Positions 1-14,439 of a stretch of DNA of 64,000 nt are shown in pieces. The stretch comes from Podarcis vaucheri (Eukaryota): assembly GCA_965113315.1 (NCBI GenBank), contig OZ220364.1; one strand, 5' to 3'. The notes below the pieces were generated by a model. The model was not told the DNA's origin. It did not search any database and was given only the letters and a program-made list of their open reading frames with translations. Made by a program: the position numbers and the translations under genes. Within the stretch, counting starts at the first letter, position 1. Every line of letters begins with the position of its first letter.

Positions 1-2653
1 TGGCAGACCATCTGCTTTGCTTGTGAAAGGTTCGGCTCCTGGCACCTCCATGGGGTCTGTGAGAGACTGCCAGTCGCTGCCTTTCAGTACAGACAGCACT
101 GAGGTAGATGGCATGACTCTGTATAACCACCTTTCTATGTCCCCATGTGAACTGGCCACACTCACCACTGTCGTACAGGTCCCAGAAGGTTGGCCAAGGG
201 TGAGCACGACCCTCTGGCCAGAAAAAGCTTAGCCACCCCTGCTTTATATGACGAGCCACGTGTGAGGAAAAGGTCAGTTAAAGTGTAACTAGTTTCTTTT
301 GTGCGTGCGTTTTCGTTTTCTTGCGTGCCTTTCTGTGGATGGGCTTCCCAAACGCAGTCCCTTGCCCCCATTTAAGTGGAGTGTCAGACCAGGCCAGCAT
401 GGACTGTTGGAGCACATGAGTAGAATTTGACTGCAGGGTGGACCCATAGGAAAGTTGGATGGCTGCAGAAGATTGAAGCTGGCACAGCTGCTCACTTAAA
501 CTGGAACTTGCGTACCTGGCCGTGTTTGATCTGATAAAAGAGGTCATCTTGCAGATGAGGGAACCGCTTTAGAGAGCAGTCGATTTACATGGTGACGGAG
601 CCAGACAAAAGGTATAGACAGACAACTTGCTTGGGGCAATTAATATGCATTGTTTCATCATAGATGGCACGTTCTGCAAATTGGCCTCTATTGGTGCAGC
701 TAATTTCTGCCGGGTTCTCAACTCTCAAGCTGCCATGCTTCCTTCTCAGGCTTTAGGAGGGAGAAGATGTTTAATAAGGAAGTGTGCTTATTGTGAGGGG
801 GTGGTTTGTGAGATGCTGCTGAGATAAAGGGCCAGCCCTGAGTCTTAGAGTTCCCCAGAAGATTGAGGTTGGCGCTTGATTAATGATGCAAGTCAAACAT
901 CGCATGTCAAGACCCCGAAAGAGGCAGCCCTGCACAGTGGAAAATGCAGTTGTCGGGGATGAGGCAACATTGCTCACTGGCAATGGGGCCTCCCATGAAC
1001 CAAAAAGGTTCCCCGTTCTGAAATGTGCTGGAATTATGCAAAACACACTCAGTTCTGTTTGTTCACCTGCTTCATTTTGATGGCATAACACAGAAAGCTT
1101 TTTATACATTTTGGGATTGTGCAATCCATCTCTGTCTTTGTGTAAGCAAAATGAAACATAACTTTGCAAACTACATGACAAACAGGCATCAGTTACACAC
1201 CCTGCCTTTCTTTGGTCAGTGTGTACCAGTGTTTGGAGGCTTTTAGATTTTGCATCCATTTCTCTGAATTGTAGGACCAGCTATTTTCCTGGCATGTAGA
1301 TCATGCATTCTGGATCATACATGGTCTGGGCCTTTAAACCCTCCTGCTTCGGTTTTATATTGTCACCAAAAACCAAAAAGGGGGTTATGTGTGTTTTCCA
1401 ACTACCAGCCAACAGATTGGTGCCAGCCCAAAGTCTGCTTCCTGCAGGTTTGTGCAAAGGGAAATCACTTAGTTTCCTACTATTATTGTGTGGGAAGGTT
1501 TTAATACCTTGATCAGCAACTAGATATTGTTGTGGAAGATTTTGGAGCAAACATTTTTAGGCCACACATACACACAGATCTCTCTGCCCCCCATCTTTGG
1601 AGGGAAGGGCAGAAAAAGTTGCTTGGGGGCTGGATAAACATGGAGGATGGTGTAGACCAGTGTTCTTCAACTTTGGGTCCCCCAGTTGTTGGAGCTACAA
1701 CTCCCATCACTCCAAGCCAGATATCCAGTGGTGAGGGAGGATGGGTAGTTGAACAACATCTGAATAGCACTGGTGTAGACCTTAGTTGTTATCCTTCTGT
1801 GAAGCAGCTTGTAAACCAGTGTTGTCTCCTCTCCCCCCCCCCTCCATCACTTTACCCCTTTCTCTCTTTCCTCCCCCTGCCTAAAGCAGGGCATTCTCTG
1901 AAGTCAGATTTGGCCAGAATCTTGACAACAGTTCCTGCCATTGGTTTCCTTCAGCAACATTTTGTAATTACTGTCAGCAAAAGGTTGTCCACTTCTGGGT
2001 AGGAGGAGCTCACCAAGCAGCAATCTGCCCCTTCCTCCTTCAATAATTTATTGTGTGGGAAGGTGGGAATTTATTGAGGAAGAAGCTTGCCAGCAGGTAT
2101 GGGTGTAGGGGCAATGTAGCCAGTCTATAGGTTGAATAGTCAAGGTCATCAAATCTGTTTAACCAGCTGTAAACCCTTTCTTGAACATCACTTGGTTTTA
2201 TTTATACATTTTGTTGTATTCTATTTCATTCTACCATGAGCTCAAAATAGTTTACACCAAGCTCCTATTGAGCCGCTGCACATCCAGTTGATTAATCCAT
2301 GCGGAAAATGGAGTTCCCCTTCCTCTCAGACCTTCCATTTGGTGCATTCAGTCAGGCTGGTGAAAATGCCGATCCAGCCACTGGTTTTAGCTGTGAATAT
2401 GGGACCCTGCTCTGCCAATATTTATCAGAGTGGGGTAGTTAATTTTTAAGGAGGGAGCTCAAGGGTGTGGCACATGCTTTGGAAACGACCTAAACTCTTT
2501 TATCTATTTTCCCAGACTCTACATTGTACTGCTTAGTTGGGGGAAGGAGAGGAAGCCATGTGCTCTTGTTGGGGCTATTTCCTTGTGTTGCATGTGGAAG
2601 CTGGATATCCTTCTATTATTATTTTTTTTAAAGTAGACTTGGGAAGTCATTAG

Positions 2654-3046
<393 letters not shown>

Positions 3047-4660
3047 GACTTAATGTTTTTGGAATGGGGGGGAAGAAGTTGATAGGGTGGCGGGGGCGGT
3101 AAAGAAGGTGTGGCAAATCCAAGGGGGCACAGGGAAATGGGGTGGGGGTATTTTTTCCCCCCTGAAGATCGCACTGGAATATTTTATAGTTTTGTTTTTT
3201 TTAAAAGAAAAAAAACTGATGAGATGTCATCATCAGCCCAAACCCCGATGTTCCTTTCCCCCGCACCCACCTTCCTTCTCTTCCCTTATCCACTCTTCAG
3301 GAGAGTTAATAACTGATCTTTTTCTCTTTTTTAAAAGAAAAAAATATATATAACTATAATATATAAATATATAAATATATCTAATGTATATACATCACGA
3401 ATGAAAGCAACGGAATTGCAAAGATCCAGGTAGCATTCTGCGAAAGCTGCCTGGAAAAAAGAAGGGTGGCTGTGTTGGATCCGGGGGGTCGGGGAGGGGG
3501 TTCAAGGTGTCTCCCTGTGTGTGCGCGCGTATGTATGTGATTGGGGGTGGCTGGGAGAGCTCAGAAAGTTGCCTCTCCTTTCCACCCTTTCCCAATTTTG
3601 TTGCCCTCCTCTTGATTTTCCTTTGGCTCCTGGTTGTCAGGAGTTGCCTGTAGCAGCTGAGATGGTTGAGGGGCCTTGAGGGAAGAAACCCTCCTTGCTT
3701 GAAGGGAAAGCACAGGCCTCAGATTCTGTGGCTGCCTGTGTGGCCGTGCGGTTCAGAGAGCCTCCTAGGCTGGGCGGGGTGTCACCTGCTAAAGGAATTG
3801 AGCTTCTACCCCCTGCCCCATGTTGTGACTGAGCGTGAGGGGTCGGGGAGGTAATTTTCCACTGTGGGCTCCGCTCCACAGGGCTCTACTGTAGGCCACA
3901 GAAGGAGCCTGAAAAGAAAAGGGGGAAAATGGAATAGTGCAAAATGTCATGTTATCGGGGCTGTAAATCTGTGAGACCATGTTGAGTCCTACTCAAGATT
4001 TTGTACATTCAAGGAGGCAAATCTTGTCCTTTTTTGACAGGTGCCGAGACATGTACAGTCTGGCAAAACCAGCCAGCTCTTCTAGCCTATACATGGGCTG
4101 GCAAATTTATGGGCGAGAGTGGGGTTTCGTGGGCTTGCGTCCGTGCTGTCATTTGGGTTTAAACCCTTTCTCCATTGCCCCAACTTTGGCCTATTGAAAC
4201 CCTTTTTCTTCAACGGCTGCAGCAGGTGTGCTCCAAGTAGCAGAAACTAGAAGTGGGTTGGGGGTTTTGTTTTTTGGTACCTTACCACAGACTCTTTATT
4301 GCTCTCCCACCCCCCACCCGTCCCCTTCTTGTTTTTTGGGGGAATGGTTTTCCCCTTCAGCTCTCAAGCTGTTTCCCTTTTTAAAAGGACAAAGTTTAAG
4401 CATTTGGGAGGATAAGCTGGAAGGGAAGTTGCTGAAGTTTTCAAAGGTATAAAAACACAAACGTCAACCTCCCCAGAAGATGGATTATTCGAAGGAGGAC
4501 TCAAGAGAGTGCTCCCTGACATCCGGCGGCAAGGGCGATGCTGAGGCTCTTTTTGTTTTTGTTTTTTTTGTTTTTTAGGTTTTAAAATCAGAATCTTGCT
4601 TAAACAGGTTGAAGGTTTTATATTAATTTAAAAATAAAAAAAAATCACTTTTTTAACCAG
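3047..4660 (+). other. UBALD2: UBALD2 3'UTR (end approximate)
   Basis: Follows the TAA at 3044-3046; repeat-free, with U-rich and AU-rich tracts; ends near the AATAAA at 4633. Confidence 0.6.
4633..4638 (+). terminator. Polyadenylation signal for UBALD2
   Basis: AATAAA with U-rich upstream sequence and a downstream GU/U-rich element (cttgtctctttgt). Confidence 0.6.
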
Positions 4661-6113
4661 AGTGGCACTTGTCTCTTTGTCCCCCACCCTGTTGCCTTAC
4701 ACTTCTTCTTCTTTAATTCAAAGAAATCTGCTGGGTATGAATGATAGACGTTAGAACTGAACGGAAACCAAAAACCAATGCTTCCTCTTTACATACGCGA
4801 CACTGCAAAGGCACACAGCTTGCTCTCCTCTTCCTCACCCTCCCTTCCATTATCTAGAAACCTACTCCGCTCTTCCCTGCTGTCCCTGCTGCACGTCACT
4901 CATTGGCTTATGCGAAAAGCAAAACGAAACTAGGTCGTCAGTGTTAATATTAGCATTCATTTGGAATTGCTTCTTAATTCAGGTTAAAAAAGAAAAGGCA
5001 CTTACACACTTCAGCGCCAGATGAGGAGAGAAACATGGGAACGAGAGTGCTAGCTGTACTCCCATTCCCATTTCTCTCTCCAGAGGTTGGAAGGTGTCTT
5101 TGTGAATCAGGGAGCCAGCTTCTACTCATGTATACTCCCCCAGGCAGTGTAGACCCCTGGAAAACCAGAATTTACATCACATGGGAAACATGCCTGTTTA
5201 GGAGCCAGGACCTCCCCTTTGGGCTGCTGCCCTCTAATTTGCAGAGGGAGATGATGGGGCAGGGGGCAGACTTCGGTTTCATTCGCATGGTGGGTGTATT
5301 GCGTTCATTTATTATAAGGTTAGTGCCTGGTTTTGCTAACTTTCCTTGCATGCTGCATAAGCCTGTTCCACCACATATCTACCTCTGCACCAACACGGTG
5401 CGGGAAATGTCGTTCGCACAGATGTCAAAATGCCGTCCCTTGACACTGTGCCGTTCTGTGCTGAAATTCCGGCACGCTTTCTAACCAGGTAAAAAAAGGA
5501 GGGCATGAGCCTCAAAATGGGCAGGAAGTGCAGTGCATGCTGGTATGCCGCCTCTCGGCTCGTCATGTGAGCAGCTGCGGCGTGAAAACGGGGGAATGCC
5601 ACACTAAAGGTCCCATGATTTTCCAGGTTGAGAGGGCTGCAAACAGTTTTTGCTGGAGTCAAATAACATGAAAATGAGTGCTAAACTTGCACAATATTCC
5701 ATTCCATTCGTTTTTCCGAAGTAGCTTTTGCGTTGTGCAAAAGCTCAAATATAATGTGCAAAATAACATTTAGGGAGATGTCAGGAAAACGGAATAAACA
5801 GCAGCCTTCGCAGACCTTGTTCCCACACCACCTCCTCATGTTAGTTCCACCTCTTCCCTAGACCCCTGAAGAAGAGTGCTTGTATGTTCTCATCTTAATT
5901 GCCTTGTAGTGAACACTTGGCCGCTTTGACTTCTGTGTGGAGCCGCTATATCAAGCTGCATTCAAGTTTATCTCTGCTGTCGGCGTTATTGCTTTGGAAG
6001 AAGTGGGTTTTTTTTAAATAGAAGTTTTTGAGTAGGCTCTGACCAGAACAAAAACACATTGAAGTGGGTGTTGAGGCATCTTTTTCCATTGTGTGTGAGT
6101 GTGCATGCAAACA

Positions 6114-6114
<1 letters not shown>

Positions 6115-6150
<36 letters not shown>
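6115..6150. repeat. (AC)n microsatellite
   Basis: About 18 uninterrupted AC units. Confidence 0.95.
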
Positions 6151-6152
<2 letters not shown>

Positions 6153-7577
6153 TTGTGTCACTAAAAGATGGGGTTACACACTTCCTCTGCCATCCCTCCC
6201 CTCACTACATGGAGAAGTGAACAGAGGGGCCACACATTGATTTGAATGCAGGATCTGGATGCTGAACACATTTCCTACCAGGATCAGGGCCAGGCCAACA
6301 TCCAGAAAAACACAAGATCCCTCAGTTCCAGTTCCATGCAAGGGGTGTGAAACTCTCTGTCTCTCGGGCACACAGAGGTAGGTATCTACATGTATATAAA
6401 GGTGTGGATTTTAGTCCAAATTGTGGTGGGTGTTTGAATGTACATTTGTTTGTTCTTACTATGGGGGTGCCTTCAGCAGCTCAATATATAACGGAAGGTG
6501 GGTGAAAAATTATGGGCGAGGAAAGTAGAATTTAACATCACCTGGGGGATAATTATGAGTCGGGGGTTGATCTCTGCATTGTGGAATCTTGTCACTGCCG
6601 TTATTGCTTTCAGTTGGGATAATGTAACCCAAAAGAGCAGTGCTATGCATATTTCCGAAGAGAGAGGGAAAGCCTGCTGTCATAAAAAAGAAGTCCGGGA
6701 GATCTTGTTTGCAATGAGAAGAACTTGGTGAAGGAGATCCATTTTGCTTCTCAGTCCCATCTTTTCTTCTACAGCCCAGACTAAAGTCTGCTGTAAGCCC
6801 TTCCTTCACACTATTGGCCTTGTTAATAAGTGTAGCTTTATAAGTGTGAATTTTAACACTTGCTCAAATCTCTCTCTCTCCCCCCCCCTTGTCAACTTGG
6901 TGTAAGAACAAAAGTGGGGCTGTCATCAACACTTCATTGCTAAAGACTTTCCTGCAGGCAATGGTGGGCTACTGCCACTGTTCTTCTGTAGGCCAGCTTT
7001 GCGCTATTGGACCACATTGGTGTTGATGAATTCGGTTTAGGCCTTCTTGTATGACTGCCTTCTGTTCAGCCAAATGTCTGTCATTCTAGTGATCTACCAA
7101 TGGACCATTTTTTAAAATCTTCCTTATATTCAATACAGCACCACCTGTGGCCCCCCACGTACCTGATCAGGTATATTAGCAGCCGCTGAGCTCACTCCAA
7201 ACCAGTAGTCTTCAACTTTTTCTGACCCAGAAGCCCCACCTTCAGCCCAAATATACATTGGTGGGCAGGACCTGCTTTGCATATGTTTGTATAGAGTGGT
7301 AGTACTGTGTTTGCAGCCAAGCACTGAAGGCTCTTTGCTCCCATGTTTACACATTTGAGAAAGACAAAACCTATAGGCTGAGTTGAGTCAACCATCCTTA
7401 GCAAGACTGGAGACTGTTGGTTCCATCTTTTCATCTCGGTGTTAGGTAAACAAAAATACTCTTTAGTGAGTAGAATGCACCATTCTGTTACAGTCAGTAA
7501 TAGCTGAGCTTTATTTCTAATAGCATGATAGCATGGCAGAAGCAGCCTAGAATTCCCCCACCCCACCCCATGTAGAG

Positions 7578-7714
7578 CAGGGATGGGGAACCTGTGGCCC
7601 TCCAAATCTTGTTGGCCTCCAACTCCCATCAGCCCCATCCAGTATAGTCAGTGTGCTGGATGGTGGAAGTTGGAGGCTGGCAACATCTGCGGTGCCACGG
7701 GTTTCCCATCCCTG
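7578..7714. mobile_element. Palindromic hAT-type MITE (cagggatggggaacc...ttcccatccctg family)
   Basis: Terminal inverted repeats and internal palindromic arms; similar to the copies at 26092 and 53084; TSD not preserved. Confidence 0.7.
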
Positions 7715-8789
7715 GTTTACACACACACAAGGAATTCCAGGCTAACAATGTTTGGAGAGCCACAACACCCCTGTTCTGCCCAGATCCCAGCAATTTGACT
7801 ATCAAAACATAACAGCGTACATGAAAGAAAGCAAAATTCTGGGTAGAAGACTCCTGAATTATACATACCTTTAAGAGGCTACAGGCTTAACATCTATGCT
7901 TGACTCTTAAGCCCTGTTCAGGCTTTTGTTGGGGGTTGAGCATGCAACCACTGTCCCTACTTTTTCAGGTTTCTGCATGATGCTGTGCTCTCCAATTTGC
8001 AGCAGGTGATGAGATTCAGGGGGTAGAGGTCCCACACTGTCCCGTCCCCCCCAGCTCGCCCATGTGCTGCTTTACCCTGCTTCCTAAATGCCTCTGGATT
8101 GCTTCTCTGTTTAAAAAACTGCTAGGGGTGCCACTTCCCATGCCCTTGTTGCCATGGAGAATTACAATCTCCCTCTCTGGTTTTAGCCCTTCTGTGGAAT
8201 TGGCTCTTGAGGCTCTTGAATACCTTCTCCAAGAACCCCTCTTTGAGAAATTAGATTCTTACTTTTTCACATGCAGCGTAGCTAAGCTACAATTCTTTTG
8301 ACTCCTTGTGCCAAAAGCACCAAGCTGGTGTTATTTTGGGCTTCTTTGAAGTACACTGGATGGATGGCCCGGATTCTAAAGAACTTGCTTTGTGTGTGTT
8401 TTCAAAACCCCTAGGTCCACCTCAAATTTAACGTGGCTAAGTAAGGCCTGAACTTAATGCCGATGGCATTGCATTTTCCACAAGCAATGAAAATTGTGGG
8501 AGTAGGTGCAGAGACCTGCAACTCATCATTTTCAGGGTTTGTTCATACGATTTCTTACATCCTGCCTTCCACCGGGGCACATCACAGCAATGAAATCTAC
8601 AACTAAAAAAAACCCACATTGCACAATCTCTCCATTGCAAATGAAACATAACCGTGTAAATTCAGCAAAAGACGTGGACCCCATAAAACAAAATATTGCA
8701 ACTGCCAAAGTTGGGGCGGGGGAGAGGTGTGTCTTCAGCATATGGGGAAAGCTATTCAATGCAAGACACAGCTATGTGATCAGGGCTTT

Positions 8790-8945
8790 TTACACACAAA
8801 TGTGTTAAAACACCTTGAGCTGGGCCCAGAAATGAACTGTCAGCCAGTGCAACCGTTTGAAAAAGGGGTTACATAAATTCTAAATGGAACCCCAGCCAGT
8901 AATCCGGCTGCTGCATTTTGAACCAGTTGGAAGTTTCTGAGGGAT
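8790..8945 (-). mobile_element. Decayed L2 LINE ORF2 fragment
   Basis: Minus strand reads ...QLVQNAAAGLL..., matching the LQLIQNAAARLV motif of the L2 at 62617. Confidence 0.55.
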
Positions 8946-10589
8946 ATATCTCTCTGGCTTTTGACTATTGCCTGTGATGAGTTCCCACCAACAACGAGCT
9001 TGAAATGGGAGGCGAGGGGAGCTGAAAGTTACACAGCCTGGCTGGCTTCTGAAAATGTCTTTGCAGCATCTGCTGTCTGTGTGCTACAAGTGATTTGAGC
9101 TTTGGCAGAGAGAAATTGGGTATATAACACAGGAGGATTTTCCCCTCTGTGCTTTTCCCTCTGGAAAGATCGGTTTTTATCACTACTGTTGTTTTTAAAA
9201 AAGCATGTTCGAAGTCTGGCTTGCAGCGAAGCTGCTGTGTGTGCCACATGCCTAACATGGCATATAAAATCTGGAATCTGGCTTTAGGCTACAGGGGAAA
9301 CCATAGCTTCCTTTCTCTTAAATGGTCATGGCTCTAGTCCTCATTGACCCAATAGCTTGAATAGTGCAAAGACCCAAAATTGCTATTAGAATGAATGGAG
9401 TCAAAAGTAAGAGTGGTTTAGATATTGTGTGTGCATAATATGGGTGACAGCTGTTGCCTTAGAGGCATTGACACTCATGCAGTGCCCGTCCTGTTCTGCC
9501 AACAGATCAGTATGCCCTTTCAAAGGGGTGGATGCTTTGGCCACTGATGGTCTCATTTCTTCAAATAAGTCTTCTCCCTCCTGTGCTTTAGTCAGGCTGA
9601 CTCACACTGTGTCCACGTTCAGCCGAGAAATTATAGTGAAGCATTACGTATAAAAGAGGTTAAACTCCAGGCAGCTGCTGCTGATGCGCTACTTACTGTT
9701 TCCTGAAAGCAGCAAATGAGCAACTTGGCAGCTGTGGGGGAAATGGTTTCAGGAGGGGAATGGAGTCTGCTGTTCTGTTTTGGGAAGTCTTCTGGCCTTT
9801 GTTGTTCATCAGACTGCTTTTGTTTAACTCTGGGGTGGGAGTGGGAGAACAGCTTCAATCAAGTCTTAGGCTGCAAAAATGTGGGCATCTAGATTTATGT
9901 ATTTTTTAAATTTTAATAGGAGCATTACAAATGGTGTAGCTATACTTGAAGCTTTGTAAACATAAGAAGTACTGTATAGAAAACATTGGACCTACAACGA
10001 AATATTGCAGTGTGAAATGCTCCTGTCCATAATATGAGTCGGCCATTCCCTTTTCCGGGATGTTTCATTTAAGCATGCTAAAATCTTCTTTGGTTTGTTC
10101 TGGGGATCTCCTTTTAGGTTTTTCCTAACCCTTGTTTTTCATACTTTTGCAAACCTGTCAAGAGGTTTCTTCCCTACTAGGCATGGATGGAGTCCTTTCT
10201 AGCTTCAGAAGGAACCACACTTAAGAGAATGAGTTCGCTATTGATGTATAGGATTTGCTGTGTCAACGTGTTGCTGCTACACCTGTCTTCTTGCTGTACT
10301 TCAGTTGCTGTGTGTGAGAGAGAGATCAGGTACAGTGTAGTATAAATATACAGTGAATACTTTTATTAGTCCCAATAATGATCATAGAGAAAGATTTGCT
10401 CCGTTTGTTGGAAGCACACCTTGAAAGTCTTAAACCACGCCTATTCAAAAGTATTGGGCTAAGTCACATTTAATGAGACTTATTTCCAGTTAAGTTTATG
10501 TTCAATATATCGCTCTGTGAACTCCTATACTGATCTACCACTGAGAGTGTCAAAGGAGCTGGTATGTAAAATAGAAGATTGACACGGAA

Positions 10590-11300
10590 CCTGATGGCTG
10601 CCACTTGATGGTTATATATGTTGCCTATATGTAACAAGAGGGAATAAGTTGCCTAGGTAACTGCAGACCTGTTAGTTTAATTTCAGAGGTAAACAAGGCC
10701 CGGACCAAACTGTAAAAGCGAGACTTCTAAAGGTGACGGAGTAGATTCTGTGTGAGTGTTAAAACGCTTTTGGTAGGTAACGGAATGTAGAATTGATCGA
10801 TGCACCCTAATATGATATCTTTTAAAAATTGCTGCTGATTTTCCTTAATTAGGGAAATGTGGTCCGAACCAATTCTCTAGATTTCAGTAAATCAAAACTC
10901 GGGTTCAGCAACGTGAACATCAGTTGGTCAAATAAAACCTATGCCTCTCTGGTTCAGCAAACCATTGATACGATAAGGCACAGGAAGCTCATGTTATCCT
11001 CCTTTAACTTAACGTTTTGTGCAGGTATCATGCAGTGGGTAAGGAATTAGTGGTGAGAACAAAGCGCTTCCATGCTAGAGATAAGTACCAAGTAGCATTC
11101 CTCAAGGGTGAGTCATGGGACCCATGTTAGGAAATACTTTGGGTAGTAACCTGGGTAATGGCAGTAGGAGTGTTTTTAATTAAGTTTGCTGATGGCGCCA
11201 CAGTCGCAGGCATTGTCAATACAGATAAGGATCAGGCACGTTATGCAGCTTGACCTGGCTGACGTTATAGACTGGCAGGGATAAAGTGTACAGACATAGT
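10590..11300 (+). mobile_element. Ancient CR1-type LINE reverse transcriptase relic
   Basis: Degenerate RT motifs in the correct order: GNCRPVSLIS (~10657), LDFSK (~10877), SSIPQG..MGP (~11091), KFADG (~11182), LQxDL-like (~11243). Many stops and frameshifts. Confidence 0.65.
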
Positions 11301-12482
11301 GCTTTGGGTGCCCTAATCAGGATTGATTCTGTATGTTAATTTGAAGTAAAAGTTGTTGGCAGCTAGATCGTGCAACACAAAAACTGCTTCTAGATTTGTT
11401 GACTCATGCTGTAGGAGGGGCACTGTTTGGGCACAGAGAAACATAGTCCAAAGCTAAGAGGTGGTGCCATGTAGCGGTTAAGCAACTGAGCAGCGAGCCA
11501 GGAAGTTCTCTACTCAAATCTATCTGACCCGACCTCAGTAGGTGCCTTGTTGTGCAAGGATGATGGTGGTGTTGACTCACCTTTTTCAAGATTCTTATAT
11601 AGGGGTTCCTGAGAAGATAAGAGAGGTGCTTCGACTTCTAAAGTGCTACAAAGCACACATGTGTTTCGATTGTTGCTTTCATCGCCTGGGACTGGGACAG
11701 ACCACCAATTTGTGTGGGGTTTTTGCATGCCACAACTGTGAAAGGGTTGCTTCAGAAGTAGGCGATTGGGGGTTCCCCCCCCCAGAATGCCTGGCCGTAG
11801 TCGCAGTTAGCTTGATAGCTTTGTGGTTTGGAGAAAAGCTTTGCTGTTTTTCTTCCAGTAGTAACTGAAGCTGCCTTGAATGCTGTAATGTTGTTAAAAA
11901 CCTTGGCTGTGTTACACTTACTAAATCTTGCACAAAGGCAGAGAGAGAAGCTGAACAATAACAAGCTAATGTCTTGGCTGTGCTTTGGGAACAAATCCGA
12001 AAATAGCCTTGCAGAATGTCAACCAATGGGAAGTTGGAGAAGGGTGAAGCAACCAGTGACTTAAGTGATGGAGCCAGTGACACTGTTGACTCTTGTCACC
12101 AAATGCTATCACTTCCACAGGACCTCAGAAACCCAGTCCTAGTTGGCTGGGGTAGCCTAGGGATCTGGTGTCATCCCGGCTTGAGAGTTGCTTGGCAGGT
12201 GCTGCTGTCTGTGCCCTTTTATGAGCGAGAGTTGCCCTCTTGCGTAAGCCTCCCCACCGGGTTGTGTGTACTCCGCTCTTCTTGCAACACGTGGCAGATT
12301 CCTGAAAATGCACATGAATTCGCTTCCTTGCACCAGGCAAAAGGGTTCAGTGGTGTGAGTTTATATCTTATCCTCTATCAGAGATTTAAAGTCAGTAACA
12401 ATGCTGATTAAAAAGAGCAAATGGTTTTTTAAAAAATCCACACCCACCCCTAATTAACCATCAAAAATGTCTTCTCTGTGTG

Positions 12483-12691
12483 CAGTGGTACCTCGGGTTA
12501 AGTACTTAATTCGTTCCGGAGGTCCGTTCTTAACCTGAAGCACCACTTTAGCTAATGGGGCCTCCCGCTGCTGCCACACCGCCGAAGCACGATTTCTGTT
12601 CTCATCCTGAAGCAAAGTTCTTAATCTGAGGTAATATTTCTGGGTTAGCGGAGTCTATAACCTGAAGCGTATGTAACCCGAGGTACCACTG
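12483..12691 (-). mobile_element. Tc1/mariner (Tigger/pogo-like) MITE, copy 1
   Basis: TIR cagtggtacctcgggtta / taacccgaggtaccactg; TA on the right flank; opposite orientation to the copies at 20557, 38381 and 62474. Confidence 0.85.
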
Positions 12692-14439
12692 TATAATGTT
12701 TCTTTTCTGCAGAAAGGGCTCTGGTGAAGCTCCAGGAGGAGCAAACCTCCATGAAATGGCTTTTAAAAGCTGGGGATTGGACAAATGCAGGAAGGAACCC
12801 ATAAGAATCAGCCATGATAACTAAATGAAGACTGTCTGGCCAGAGGCAGTATACTGGGGGGGAAGCAAAAGAGGACGATTCCATGCCCTGTTTGTGAGCT
12901 CCCCGGGAGCATCTAACTGCTAGAAACAAAACATAGGACTAAACAGACCCTTAGTCTTGTCAGGCACGTTTACTGTGCTTTTTAAGCTTGCTGCTATCAT
13001 TAATGCTTTGACTGTACATGCCTGTTTTGCATTAGTTTGCCTGCTGCTTCTAGTTATGGAGATGGACAAAAAGACTATGCTGTGTACAGAATCTTACCCT
13101 TCCTGAGCATTGCAAAGGGATTCAGCCTGCCTGCCTGTTTTGTTATTTTCTTCACAGCTGTAAGGGCAACCTATGGCTCTCCAGATGTTGCTGGACTCCC
13201 AACTCCCATCAGCCCCAGTTAACATGGCCCCAATGGTCACAGGTTCCCCAGTCCTATGTTAGATAGGCCCTGGTTCTTCTAAATAATGGTTGAAGCAATT
13301 ATATATATCTGCTGCTCATTGTGTGTACCACAGGAACATGTGGTATGATAATGCCAATATACAGTGCACTAAGAGACAGAATAAGCCACATGCTGAATGT
13401 TTAGCATCTAACGGCTTCTGCTGTAGCCATAAGCCATCATTCTGCTGAAGGAAGATGCATTTTGTACCTGGCCACGGATTCTGTATTTTGCACAGTGTGG
13501 CGCTGAAGGTTTAGAATGCCCAAAGCTCTAAACAGCAGTTTCCCCCCTCTGTCTACATTTATGGGAACTACTCATTAGGCTCTAAACTACGTGTTGCTTC
13601 TTCTCCCTGCACCCCCCCCCGACCCTCCTCCAATCAAATATCTCTCATTAGTATTGGTTCACACATGCAAGTTTGAAACTTGGCATCTTCCAGGTGCTGA
13701 ATGAGGCATTTGAAACTAAACATTACAGAGCCTGAGTCTCCTCAAACACTATGCCGGGCAATGAATCCATATACATTCAGCTGCGAGTTATCAGTGAATC
13801 AAGTGTACATCTTTCCTTTGATTAACTGAAATCTGGAGAGGCAGATTATCTGAGTACTGAGTTAGATGAACCAGTGGTCTTCTTCCTATGTTCTGCTGTG
13901 TACTTTGCATTAGTTAAAACTTGCCATAGTTGGACCCTACCCCTCCCACCTCCAGTTTCATGCAATGGCAGCAACAAAGCTTTTTGCTCATTAAACGCCT
14001 TAGCATTCTGGCAAATGGCATGTAAATTGTGCAATAATCCAGTCGCCTAGTATGCTGTTCTGAATTCCCACTTGTAAAATTTCAGGCACATCAGCTATTA
14101 CTATAGCAAACTGGGACACATAATGGATGAGACTTGCAACTAACACATGAATCTGAGCAAGCACAAGGGACTGCTCTGTAGAATGTGGCTAAGAATCATG
14201 GCCCCATTTATGGGGGGCCCTGTGCCATCTAACAGCTTTCTTCCTCTTTATGTGTGTGACATAAAGGGTGGTGGTCAACTAAGTTTTATTCAGAATAGAC
14301 CCATTGAAATTAATGGACCTAACTTAGTCATGATCTTTAATTTGAGTGCGATTGCTGTGAGTAAAGCTTGGATGAATACCACCCCAAGTCCCCCCCCCCC
14401 CACTGTAGAAGCAGAGTTACATGCATTGGCCCTGGTTCT

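Noticed and set aside
5866-5900. CTGAAGA hammerhead-like core (similar cores at 3216, 49222 and 56533)
   Set aside because: No downstream stem II plus GAAA...UH arrangement.
11828-12064. 78-aa ORF preceded by an acceptor-like pyrimidine tract
   Set aside because: No recognisable homology, a weak donor, and no partner exons on +.
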